Assembly (NCBI GenBank): GCA_963752285.1
Contig: CAVVXN010000005.1
Location: forward strand, 2,272,001 to 2,336,000
Source: an uncultured Planctomycetota bacterium
GTDB lineage: Bacteria > Planctomycetota > PLA2 > JAEUHO01
Length of the DNA: 64,000 nucleotides
Direction of reading: 5' to 3'
Part shown: positions 48,428 through 56,816 of the stretch, piece by piece
How positions within the stretch are numbered: the stretch's first letter is position 1
Layout: every line of letters begins with the position of its first letter
Made by a program: the position numbers and the translations under genes
The notes under the pieces: model-generated
Seen by the model: the letters and a program-made list of their open reading frames with translations, nothing else
Told to the model about the DNA's origin: nothing
The model's database searches: none

Positions 48428-50629
48428 CTAGCCCACGAGCCCGTTCTCGATCTCGAGGATCTGGAAGTCGCGGTTTCCGCCCTCGAGCGCGACGCGCACG
48501 TGCTCGCCCGGCCGCCGTCCCATGAGGGCCTGCGCGAGCGGGGTGAGGTAGTTGATGATGCCCCGCTTCACGTCCACGTCGGGCGGGCCGAGGAGCGTGT
48601 ACGTCGCGTGCTCGCCGTTCGGGCTCTTCAGGTGGACACGGGAGCCCACCGTCACGGCGTCGGTCCGGACGAGGTCCGCCGTGAGGGGGAGTGCGCGGGC
48701 GAGCTCTCCGTTCATCACGTCCGCGCGCGCCTGGAGCAAGCCCTGTTTCTCGCGCGCCGCGTGATACTCGGCGTTCTCGCTCAGGTCTCCGAACTCGCGC
48801 GCCCGGGCGATCTCCTGCGCATTCGCCGGCATCTCCTCGTTCACGATCTTGTCGCGCTCGGCGCGGAGCCTCGCCATGCCCTCGGGCGTCATGTAGATCC
48901 GGTCGAGCCGATCTCCAAGCGGAAGATCCTCCTCGGCCGTCGCGACGGTAGCCCGCGACTTGAGCGCGTTCGGCCGCGTACGCAGGATGATCGCCTGGAT
49001 GCGCTGGAGTACGCGGCCCTTGAGCCCGCGGTTCTGTTCGAGGACGCGGATCAGGTGCAGCGCGCCGCCGTCGTCGGTCGCCTCCGCCGCCTCGCGGATC
49101 AGCGCGCCGTGCCGCGCGGTGAGCACGTCCGTCAGCGCCGACACACCGCTCTTGTCGCGCGCGCTCCCACCCCGACGGCTGCGGTACTCGACGGCGTCGA
49201 TCACCTTGAGCGCACGCGCGAGGAGCGCGTAGGGCTCGAAGGAGCGGCCGTCCCAGCGGTCGCGCCTGAGCCCGCGCACGTACCACGCCCAGAGGTTCGG
49301 AAGCATGGCCGCGCGGGCGTCGATCTCGTCGAGCATGCGCGCGACCAGGTCGGGGCGCCCCGCGGGGCCGAACCGGTCCACGCCCGCGTCGGCGAGGACC
49401 GGGTCGTCCTGGTCCATCACGGCGTCGTACAGGAGCTCGGTGCCGTCCGGGCGCGCCTGGACGAGCCCGCGCGCCGCGATGCCGCGCGCGTCGTCGTCGG
49501 GAATCGCGGCGAGGAGCGCCTTCGGGTCGGGCGACGCGAGGAGCACCTCGTGCAGGGCGGCCTGCTCGTCGCGCCCCTCCAGCGCCGCGAGAAGGAGGTC
49601 CCACCCGAGGCGGAGCGAGGGCCGGCGCGTCGCGTTGCGCTCCGCGTTGACGAGCTCGGCCAACGTCTCCCGCGCAGAGGGATCCTTCGCGACGGTCTGC
49701 AGGAACTCGCGCGACGCCTTCTGCCGTTCTTCCACCGTGGCGCAGGCGCTGAAGCGCCGCTCGACCTGCGTGCGGAAGTCCACGGCCGCCTTGTCGTCGT
49801 ACTCGAGGATGGGGTCGCGCCCGCCGCCGACGTGGAAGCGCGGATCGAGGTGCGCCCGCTTCTTGGCCTCCTGCCACCACGACGACCACCGCGAGGTCGC
49901 CACGGCGTCGGGAACGAGGGCGTCCTTCACGTGGCGCAGCTTCGTGCGGTTCGAGAAGCGGGAGAGGACCTGGCGGATCATCTCGAGCGGGTCCTCGGCG
50001 GCCCATCGCCGGAGCCCGGTCGGGTCCGCCATCGACATCGCCCGCACGTCGTTCGCCTCGAGACGCTCGAGGCGCTCCGCCGCGGCGTCGAGGTCCATCT
50101 CGTGGCCCGCGCGACCGCGGAAGTCGATCACGCAGCGGCCGCGCTCCGGCAGGTACCCGACGATCCGACCGACGCCCCACCCGCCGCGGTGGTAGACGTA
50201 CGCCCCCGGCTCGAGCTCCAGGTAGCGCTCCAGGCGCTCCGCCTCCACCGGCAGGTTCTGGTTCTCGCCGCCCGCCATCCCGCTCTTCTCGAGCAGGCCC
50301 TCCAGGTCCGCACGTTCTCCGTACGCCTCGCGCGCCGCCGCGACCAGGCCGGTCCGGACCGTGCCGTCGTCCGGGCCCATCCGCGCGAGGTGCACGTAGA
50401 CGGGGATCAGGTCCTTCGCGCGCCCCTTCTCCTTCAGCGTCTCGGCCAGCATCCACAGCAGCAGGCCCGCCTGGCGCTTGCCGCCCGAGTGCCCGGCCAT
50501 CGCGCGCGAGGCTTCCAGGAGCCGCGGGAGGGATTCGAGGTCGGTTTCGAGCAGCTCGAGCCAGATCCGCTCCGCTCCCTCGTGGTCGCGCGCGGCAATG
50601 GCACGGTGCAGGTCGTCCCATCGGGCCAT
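48428..50629 (-). CDS. greA: Long-form transcription elongation factor GreA with large N-terminal extension
   Basis: C-terminal AREFGDLSENAEYHAARE, TYTLLGP, TPLAQALMG; GGGAGG RBS before ATG 50629. Confidence 0.9.
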   Translation of the reverse strand: MARWDDLHRAIAARDHEGAERIWLELLETDLESLPRLLEASRAMAGHSGGKRQAGLLLWMLAETLKEKGRAKDLIPVYVHLARMGPDDGTVRTGLVAAAREAYGERADLEGLLEKSGMAGGENQNLPVEAERLERYLELEPGAYVYHRGGWGVGRIVGYLPERGRCVIDFRGRAGHEMDLDAAAERLERLEANDVRAMSMADPTGLRRWAAEDPLEMIRQVLSRFSNRTKLRHVKDALVPDAVATSRWSSWWQEAKKRAHLDPRFHVGGGRDPILEYDDKAAVDFRTQVERRFSACATVEERQKASREFLQTVAKDPSARETLAELVNAERNATRRPSLRLGWDLLLAALEGRDEQAALHEVLLASPDPKALLAAIPDDDARGIAARGLVQARPDGTELLYDAVMDQDDPVLADAGVDRFGPAGRPDLVARMLDEIDARAAMLPNLWAWYVRGLRRDRWDGRSFEPYALLARALKVIDAVEYRSRRGGSARDKSGVSALTDVLTARHGALIREAAEATDDGGALHLIRVLEQNRGLKGRVLQRIQAIILRTRPNALKSRATVATAEEDLPLGDRLDRIYMTPEGMARLRAERDKIVNEEMPANAQEIARAREFGDLSENAEYHAAREKQGLLQARADVMNGELARALPLTADLVRTDAVTVGSRVHLKSPNGEHATYTLLGPPDVDVKRGIINYLTPLAQALMGRRPGEHVRVALEGGNRDFQILEIENGLVG

Positions 50630-50686
50630 GGGCACCTCCCAGCCGGACGTTGTCAACCCCGGCACCGCTCTCGGTGGGCGACGGGG

Positions 50687-50725
50687 ACAAAACACCGGCG
50701 GCCCCGGGAACGGGACCGCCGGCAT
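50687..50725 (-). terminator. Intrinsic terminator after tRNA-Arg
   Basis: Minus strand ATGCCGGCGGTCCCG-TTCC-CGGGGCCGCCGGTGT then TTTGT (15-bp stem including G-U pairs). Confidence 0.7.
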
Positions 50726-50728
50726 CGG

Positions 50729-50803
50729 TGGTACGCCCTAAGGGAATCGAACCCCTATCCCCGGCTCCGGAGGCCGGTGCTCTATCCGTTGAGCTAAGGG
50801 CGC
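50729..50803 (-). tRNA. tRNA-Arg(CCG)
   Basis: GCGCCCTTAGCTCAACGGATAGAGCACCGGCCTCCGGAGCCGGGGATAGGGGTTCGATTCCCTTAGGGCGTACCA folds as a cloverleaf; anticodon CCG; encoded CCA. Confidence 0.97.
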
Positions 50804-50818
50804 TCGCCGTGGCGCGGG

Positions 50819-50847
50819 ATTGTACGTACGCCGGCGAGGCAAGTCAC
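50819..50847 (-). promoter_or_regulatory. Sigma70-type promoter of tRNA-Arg
   Basis: GTGACT-N17-TACAAT, 15 nt upstream of the tRNA. Confidence 0.65.
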
Positions 50848-50972
50848 CCCGCGCCCGACGGCTCGCCTGTGCGGGGCCGCGCGCTTCGCGTGGAGCGCGT
50901 GGAGAATGCGACGTCCTGCGCCGCGCGAGCGTCCCCGTGCGCGTGGCGTCCCCGGCCCGTGCCCGCGTCCGC

Positions 50973-52009
50973 TCAGGAGCCGTACGGACGCCGACGACGG
51001 CGACCCGGCGTGGCGCCGCCGCCCGGCGCGCCGCCGCCCGGGCGCGCCGCCGGGCGCCACCGGAGGGGCCTCCGGCGCGCCCGCCGGCGCGACGGTGCCC
51101 GCGGGCGGGCAGGGCGCCCACCGGGCCCTTCCCGGCAGGCGACTTGCGGGGCCCGCGTTTCAGGGCCCGCTTGGGCCGGGGCCGCTCGGGCGGGAGCTCG
51201 GCGTCCCAGGCCTCCTTGTTCGCGAGGTACATGCGCTCGGCGTCGGCGATGAAACCGAGGTCCCTGGGGTCCACCTTCCGCCAGGCGCCCGGCGGGAGCT
51301 CGCCGATCTCGAGCGGCCCGACGTGGGTGCGGCGAAGGCGCTTGACGTGCAGGCCGACCTTCGCGAACACACGGCGGATCTCGCGGTTCCGCCCCTCGAG
51401 GATCACGATCTCGAGCACGCTCTCGTCGCGCTTGGGGTTGTAGCCGACGGGATGCACGCGCGCCGGCGAGGAGCGCCCCTCGGCGAGCCAGACGCCGGCG
51501 GCGGCCCGGGCGAGCTGCGCCCGGGTGACGTGGCCGCGGATCACCACCTGGTACCGCTTCTCGATGCGGTAGCGCGGGTGGCAGACGACGTTCGCGATCT
51601 GGCCGTCGTTCGTGAGCAGGATGAGACCCGTGCTCTCGGCGTCGAGGCGCCCGACCGTGTAGACGCGGCGCGCCTCGGGCACGAGGTCCACGACGCGCGG
51701 GCGTCCGCGCTCGTCGGCGTTCGTGCAGATGTGGCCGACGGGCTTGTTCACGAGGTAGTAGACGAGCGATTGCGGGCGCACGCGCTCGCCGTCGAGCAGG
51801 ACGGTGTCGCGCTCGGGGTCCACTTTCACGCCCATCTTGCTCACGACCTGGCCGTTCACCGAGACCCGGCCCTGGGCGATGAAGGTCTCGCACTCACGGC
51901 GCGACCCCGCGCCCGTCGAGGCGAGGAACTTGTGCAGTCGCTCGCCCGCGCCCTCCGCCCCCTCCGTCTCTCGACGGTCGGGAGCGCGATCCTCATCGTT
52001 CTGCGTCAT
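50973..52009 (-). CDS. rluB: rRNA pseudouridine synthase, RsuA/RluB family (apparent 1-nt deletion in low-complexity tail)
   Basis: ERLHKFLA..G.GSRR, S4 domain, VGRLD, EGRNREIRR. As written the ORF runs through the tRNA to 50738; the neighbouring frame ends ...GRRRRRPYGS* at 50973. Confidence 0.85.
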
Positions 52010-52162
52010 CAGGATTCGCTCCGATCGACGGGTTCGCCTCACGGCGCCGTCGTCCACGTCTCGTCCATCCCCACGGCCACGAGACGCCGAGAGGCTAGCG
52101 CGGATGCTCGGGTGCACGACCAAAGTCCACGGCGCACCGCGCGCGCCCGAACGCGCTCGACG

Positions 52163-53311
52163 TCACTTGACTCCGGTCAGGCGCGGTGCGTGTCTCCGCG
52201 GTGCACCCGCGGGCACGGGCGGCGGCGGCGTCGGCGCCTCGGCCTCGTCGTCGGGCGTGCCGGGAAGGTCGTCGGTCCGTGGCTTCGGCGGTGCCCCGCG
52301 CGCAGGGGACGCGGGTCCGGCACCGCTGGCAGGCCGCGCCGGCGGCGCGGCGCGCGGGGGCGAAGGCGCACCCACGGGCGTTCCCGGGAGGTCCGTCGTG
52401 AGGGGGCCCGCGCCGACAGGCTGTCCGGGCAGGTCCGAGGTGATGACGCCGGGTGGCGCACCGGGTTGGCCGGGCCCGGGGGGCGTACCAGCGGGCGCGC
52501 CCGCGGCCGAAGGCGGCGGCGCGACGGCCACCGGCCCGCCGAGTCCCGGCGGCGGTCCCGCGGGGCCCGGGAGCGGGTCGCCGAGGAGTCCGCCGCTCCC
52601 GCCCGGCACGACCGGACGCGTCTCGGGCGCGCCGGACGACGCGACGATGCCCCCGCCGTCCATGCGGTCCGCCTCGTCCCCGCGTCCGAGGCGGCGCAAG
52701 GCCTCGGCGACGCGCTTCTTCACCAGCATCTCGTACGCGGGCGGAAGGTCGGGCGTCAGGGCGCGGCGGTAGTTCTCGTACGCGAGGTCGAGGTCGCCCG
52801 CCTCGGCGTGCCGATCGCCGGCCATCACGCTCTGCACGACGTATCCGCCGACACGCTGCGAGGTCGGACGGAACGAGACCACCTCGATCTGCGGGATCGA
52901 GCGGAGGATCGAGCGGACGCGGCCCGTGACCTCGATCCGCGTGAACGCCTCGAGAGACGTGAGGGCGTCGTGCTGCGGGTTCTGCTGGTCCATGTAGAGG
53001 AACGGGAAGTCGTGCGCGTAGGTGTCCTGGTCCCACACCGCGGCGCCGTCGGCCCAGACCGCCACGTTCGCGTACCGCGCGGGGTGGAACGGCGTCGCGA
53101 TCGGGTTGAACACCTGGTCGCGACGGTGGAAGATGCAGAAGAAGCTGACGAGCCCGGTGCGGTAGCGATCGGGCTGCGCGATCAGGTCCCCGAGACCGAC
53201 GCTCTGCCCCTTGTCGAGGTCGTCCCACCAGCCGGCCCGAGCCGGCCGGTCGAGGGCGAGGGCCAGGAGCAGGCCAGCCGTGGCGAAGGCGAGCGCGCGT
53301 CGCAAGGCCAT
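52163..53311 (-). CDS. Secreted hypothetical protein with TPR-like helices and Pro/Gly-rich tail
   Basis: Signal peptide ...RPARA|GWW; globular N-terminal region; GDLDLAYENYRRAL; GGGGGAGGAG RBS. Confidence 0.8.
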   Translation of the reverse strand: MALRRALAFATAGLLLALALDRPARAGWWDDLDKGQSVGLGDLIAQPDRYRTGLVSFFCIFHRRDQVFNPIATPFHPARYANVAVWADGAAVWDQDTYAHDFPFLYMDQQNPQHDALTSLEAFTRIEVTGRVRSILRSIPQIEVVSFRPTSQRVGGYVVQSVMAGDRHAEAGDLDLAYENYRRALTPDLPPAYEMLVKKRVAEALRRLGRGDEADRMDGGGIVASSGAPETRPVVPGGSGGLLGDPLPGPAGPPPGLGGPVAVAPPPSAAGAPAGTPPGPGQPGAPPGVITSDLPGQPVGAGPLTTDLPGTPVGAPSPPRAAPPARPASGAGPASPARGAPPKPRTDDLPGTPDDEAEAPTPPPPVPAGAPRRHAPRLTGVK

Positions 53312-53352
53312 CTCCTCCCCCGAGGACGCGGCCCCTCGTTTCGGACGCCGCT

Positions 53353-53586
53353 CTACTTCTTCTCGGGCGAGGGCGGTCCGTCGGGGCCGAGGAACATCTT
53401 AGCCAGCCCTCCGATCACCGCGGCGTCGAGCGGGTACGACCCGTTCAGGATCGATTCGCGAAGCCGCCTCAGCTTCTCGGGGCCGATCGGCTCGAGCCGG
53501 CGACGACCGGGGGCCGGACGCGCCGTCTGCGGCGCGCGCGCGAGCGCGCCCGTCTCGATGCGGCCGTGCCGGGGCATGGAGGGCAT
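53353..53586 (-). CDS. Small protein with FlgM-like C-terminal motif
   Basis: EKLRRLRESILNGSYPLDAAVIGGL resembles the FlgM sigma28-binding helices; TATCAT 7 nt upstream of ATG 53586. Confidence 0.55.
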   Translation of the reverse strand: MPSMPRHGRIETGALARAPQTARPAPGRRRLEPIGPEKLRRLRESILNGSYPLDAAVIGGLAKMFLGPDGPPSPEKK

Positions 53587-53739
53587 GTAGCGCATGATAG
53601 GTCCGGCGGACGCGGCGGGTCGAGGTGGTCGTCCTGCACCCTCCTCCATCGGCCGGGCGACCCGCCGCCTTGACGGACGCCGCCCGCCCGAGGCGCGGCG
53701 CCCGCGCGCGGACCGCGGCCCGCCCGCCCCCCCGCCCGC

Positions 53740-54291
53740 TCAGGCCTCCGCGCCGCGCCCCGGGGGCCGCACCACGACCCACGCCGCGCCGCCGACCCGC
53801 CGCCGGCGCTCCTCCACGCCCACGGTGCCCCGGGGCAGCTCGAGGCGGGCCGGCACCTTGAGGACTACGCGGCCCTCGGGCGCCAGACGGGCGAGCGCGC
53901 GGTCCACCATCCCCGCCGCCTCCCCCTCGGACCACGCCGCGTACGGCGGGTCCGCGAAGATCAGGTCGAAGGGCCCGGGGGGGAGCCGGCCCGCGAGCGC
54001 GTCCGTCCGGACCACGCGCGCCTCGCCCTCGGCCCCGGCCGAGCGGAGCCAGCGCTCGAGGGCGCCCGCGCGTCCCGCGTCGCGCTCGACGAGCACGACC
54101 TCGGCCGCGCCGCGCGAGAGCGCCTCGAGGCCGAACCCACCCGCGCCCGCGAAGAGGTCGAGCACGCGCGCGCCCTCGAGCCGGGGACCGAGCGCCGAGA
54201 ACAGGCTCTTCCTCAGGCGCGCGCCCGCCGGCCGTGCGTGGCTGGCGGGCGGGAGCGTCCGCCCCTTGAAGCGACCGGCCTCGATGTGCAT
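53740..54291 (-). CDS. rsmD: 16S rRNA m2G966 methyltransferase family
   Basis: GRFKGRTL, VLDLFAGAGGFGLEALSRGA, FADPPY. Confidence 0.9.
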   Translation of the reverse strand: MHIEAGRFKGRTLPPASHARPAGARLRKSLFSALGPRLEGARVLDLFAGAGGFGLEALSRGAAEVVLVERDAGRAGALERWLRSAGAEGEARVVRTDALAGRLPPGPFDLIFADPPYAAWSEGEAAGMVDRALARLAPEGRVVLKVPARLELPRGTVGVEERRRRVGGAAWVVVRPPGRGAEA

Positions 54292-54334
54292 GGTCCTGTC
54301 CCCGCCGGGGGCCGTGGCGCCTACAATTCGTCGC

Positions 54335-55081
54335 ATGATCCGACTCGGAGTCAACGTCGATCACGTGGCGACCGTCCGGCAGGCGCGACGCGGCCGCTCT
54401 CCTTCCGTCGTCGCCGCGGCGCACGCGGCCCTCCTCGGGGGCGCCGACCACGTCGTGATGCACCTTCGCGAGGACCGCCGTCACGTCCAGGACGCGGACG
54501 TCGAGGTGGTCCGCGCCGCGCTCGACGCCCCGCTGGCGCTCGAGATGGCCGCCACGCCCGAGATGGTGGGTGTCGCCTGCCGCGTGAAGCCCGACCAGGC
54601 CTGTCTCGTCCCGGAGCGGCGGGAGGAGCTCACGACCGAGGGCGGCCTCGACGTGGTGCGGCACCGCGACGCCGTCCGGCAGGCCATCGACAAGCTGCAC
54701 GCGGCCGAGGTGCAGGTGTCGGTGTTCGTGGACCCGGAGGAACAGGCGCTCCTCGCCGCGAACGAGGTCGGCGCCGACGCTGTCGAGCTCCACACGGGGC
54801 GGTACGCGGACGCGAACACCGAGGCGCGGCGCGTCCACGAGTACTCGGCGCTCCGTCGCGCGGCGGCCGCGGCGAAGCAGCTCGGGCTCCGGGTCCACGC
54901 GGGGCACGGCCTCGACTACCTCAACGTCGGCCTGGTCGCGGCGATCCCCGACGTCGAGGAGCTGAACATCGGCTTCGCGATCATCGGTCGCGCGCTCTTC
55001 GTCGGGATGTCCGCCGCGGTCCGCGAGATGCGCGAGCTCCTCGGGCGGGCGCGCGAGCTCTCCGCGAGCGGCGAGGCCTGA
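54335..55081 (+). CDS. pdxJ: Pyridoxine 5'-phosphate synthase
   Basis: LGVNVDHVATVRQAR, HLREDRRH, LTTEGGLD, ELHTG, HAGHGL, ELNIG. Confidence 0.97.
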   Translation: MIRLGVNVDHVATVRQARRGRSPSVVAAAHAALLGGADHVVMHLREDRRHVQDADVEVVRAALDAPLALEMAATPEMVGVACRVKPDQACLVPERREELTTEGGLDVVRHRDAVRQAIDKLHAAEVQVSVFVDPEEQALLAANEVGADAVELHTGRYADANTEARRVHEYSALRRAAAAAKQLGLRVHAGHGLDYLNVGLVAAIPDVEELNIGFAIIGRALFVGMSAAVREMRELLGRARELSASGEA

Positions 55082-55082
55082 C

Positions 55083-56003
55083 GTGCCGGTCGAGGGACGA
55101 GAAGGCGCGGACGGGGCGACGAGGCCCGTGGAGGGCGTCGGCACCGCGCTCGTGACGCCGCTTCGGGACGGCGCCGTGGACCTCGGCCTCCTCGCCGCGC
55201 TCGTCGAGCACCAGATCGCGATGGGCGTGGACTTCCTCGTGCCGTGCGGCACGACCGGCGAGTCCCCCACCCTGACCGACGACGAGCGCGTCCGGGTGAT
55301 CGAACGGACGGTCGAGGCCGCGGCGGGGCGCGTGCCGGTCGTGGCGGGCACCGGCACGAACGACACGCCCCACTCCGTCGCGATGACCCGCGCCGCGCGG
55401 CGTGCGGGTGCGGACGCGTGCCTCGCGGTCGGGCCCTACTACAACAAGCCCACGCAAGAGGGCCTCTACCGGCACTTCCGCGCCATGATCGACGACGGCG
55501 GGCTGCCGGCGGTCCTCTACCACGTCCCCTCGCGCGGCTGCGCGCCGATCGAGGTGGACCTGCTCGCACGCGTCGCGAAGGCGGGCGGCGTGGTCGCAAT
55601 CAAGGAGACGGGCGGGGTCGATCGCGTGACGCGGATCCGGCGCGTGTCGGCCGTGCCCGTCCTCTCGGGCGACGACGGCTTGACCCTCCCGATGATCGCG
55701 CTCGGCGCGGTGGGCGTGGTGAGCGTCGCGAGCAACGTCGTGCCCCGCGCCGTCGGCGACCTCGTCCGCGCGGCCCGATCGGGGTCCCTCGACCGCGCGC
55801 TCGCCCGGCACGAGCGCCTCGCGCCCCTCTTCGAGGCGCTCTTCCTCGAGACGAACCCGATCCCCGTGAAGGCCGCGCTCGTCCTCGCGGGCGCGCTCCC
55901 GGAGCCGACGGTCCGTCTGCCGCTCGTCGCCGCGAGCCCGTTCGTGGTCGAGGCCGTCGAGAGGGCGCTCCGCCCGTTCCTCGAGGCCGCACCGGCGTCC
56001 TGA
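55083..56003 (+). CDS. dapA: 4-hydroxy-tetrahydrodipicolinate synthase
   Basis: TALVTP, GTTGESPT, PYYNKP, IKE, SGDD, ETNPIPVK; start may be a GTG about 45 nt downstream. Confidence 0.95.
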   Translation: MPVEGREGADGATRPVEGVGTALVTPLRDGAVDLGLLAALVEHQIAMGVDFLVPCGTTGESPTLTDDERVRVIERTVEAAAGRVPVVAGTGTNDTPHSVAMTRAARRAGADACLAVGPYYNKPTQEGLYRHFRAMIDDGGLPAVLYHVPSRGCAPIEVDLLARVAKAGGVVAIKETGGVDRVTRIRRVSAVPVLSGDDGLTLPMIALGAVGVVSVASNVVPRAVGDLVRAARSGSLDRALARHERLAPLFEALFLETNPIPVKAALVLAGALPEPTVRLPLVAASPFVVEAVERALRPFLEAAPAS

Positions 56004-56146
56004 ATCCGGGGCCTCCGCGGTCCGACCGCGCTCGTGCGGCGGGGATCTGCCGTTTCGGCGTGCCGACGTGGCGATCTCCGGCTTGGACGTACCGGGGCGC
56101 ACCCCGCGCCTGCCGACGATCCGCCGCTCGCGCTCCGACGTGCGAC

Positions 56147-56161
56147 TGGTACGGGCGTTGC
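56147..56161 (+). promoter_or_regulatory. Sigma54 (-24/-12) promoter upstream of hsp20-clpB
   Basis: TGGTAC-GGGCG-TTGC with correct GG-N10-GC spacing, about 100 nt before the hsp20 ATG. Confidence 0.7.
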
Positions 56162-56260
56162 CTTGGTGCGGGTGGTCGCGGGGCGCTGCCCCGTCCGGTC
56201 CATTCCACCCGCGGGCGGCGCCCGGCGCACCGTCCCCGCGAACGATGAAGGAGAGAACCC

Positions 56261-56692
56261 ATGGAAAAGGAGCTCATGCACCGGGAACCCGTAGACGTCT
56301 TCTCGCCCTTCTGGGACTTCAGCCGCCGCTTCGAGGACCTCTGGCGCGCCCGCTCCGAAGGGGGCCAGATGGTCAGCCCCGCCGTGGACATCAGCGAGAG
56401 CGACGACGCGCTCCTCGTGCACGCGGAGCTGCCGGGCCTCACGAAGCAGGACGTCAAGATCACGATCGAGGAGGGCGTCCTCACGATCGCGGGCGAGAAG
56501 AGGTTCGTGAAGGAGGAGAACAAGCACGACTACCACCGCGTGGAGCGCCGCTACGGGACCTTCCACCGGTCGTTCAGCCTCCCGAGCGGCGTGGACACGC
56601 AGAAGGCCGAGGCGCAGTTCCAGGACGGCGTCCTGACGATCAAGCTGCCCAAGTCCGAGTCCGCCAAGCCGAGGACCCTCGAGATCCACTGA
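56261..56692 (+). CDS. Hsp20/alpha-crystallin small heat-shock protein
   Basis: PAVDI, ELPG, ERRYGTFHRSFSLP, DGVLTIKLPK; AAGGAG RBS. Confidence 0.96.
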   Translation: MEKELMHREPVDVFSPFWDFSRRFEDLWRARSEGGQMVSPAVDISESDDALLVHAELPGLTKQDVKITIEEGVLTIAGEKRFVKEENKHDYHRVERRYGTFHRSFSLPSGVDTQKAEAQFQDGVLTIKLPKSESAKPRTLEIH

Positions 56693-56734
56693 GCGCCGGC
56701 GCGCGGACCGCGCCCCGGACGGACCGACGAGAAC

Positions 56735-56762
56735 GGAGCCGGAGCGGCGACGCTCCGGCTCC
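56735..56762 (+). other. Intercistronic hairpin between hsp20 and clpB
   Basis: GGAGCCGGAGCG-GCGA-CGCTCCGGCTCC: perfect 12-bp stem, GNRA loop, no U-tract. Confidence 0.75.
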
Positions 56763-56816
56763 ATGACGTAGATTGGGCCCGCGCGCGCGGGCCGCCGACA
56801 CGGAGAGGAGTGACGA

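Noticed and set aside
50729..50803. tRNA as an integration site for a genomic island
   Set aside because: No integrase, no duplicated tRNA 3' end noticed, and housekeeping genes on both sides.
56004..56816. CIRCE/HrcA operator for hsp20-clpB
   Set aside because: No TTAGCACTC-N9-GAGTGCTAA-like sequence present.
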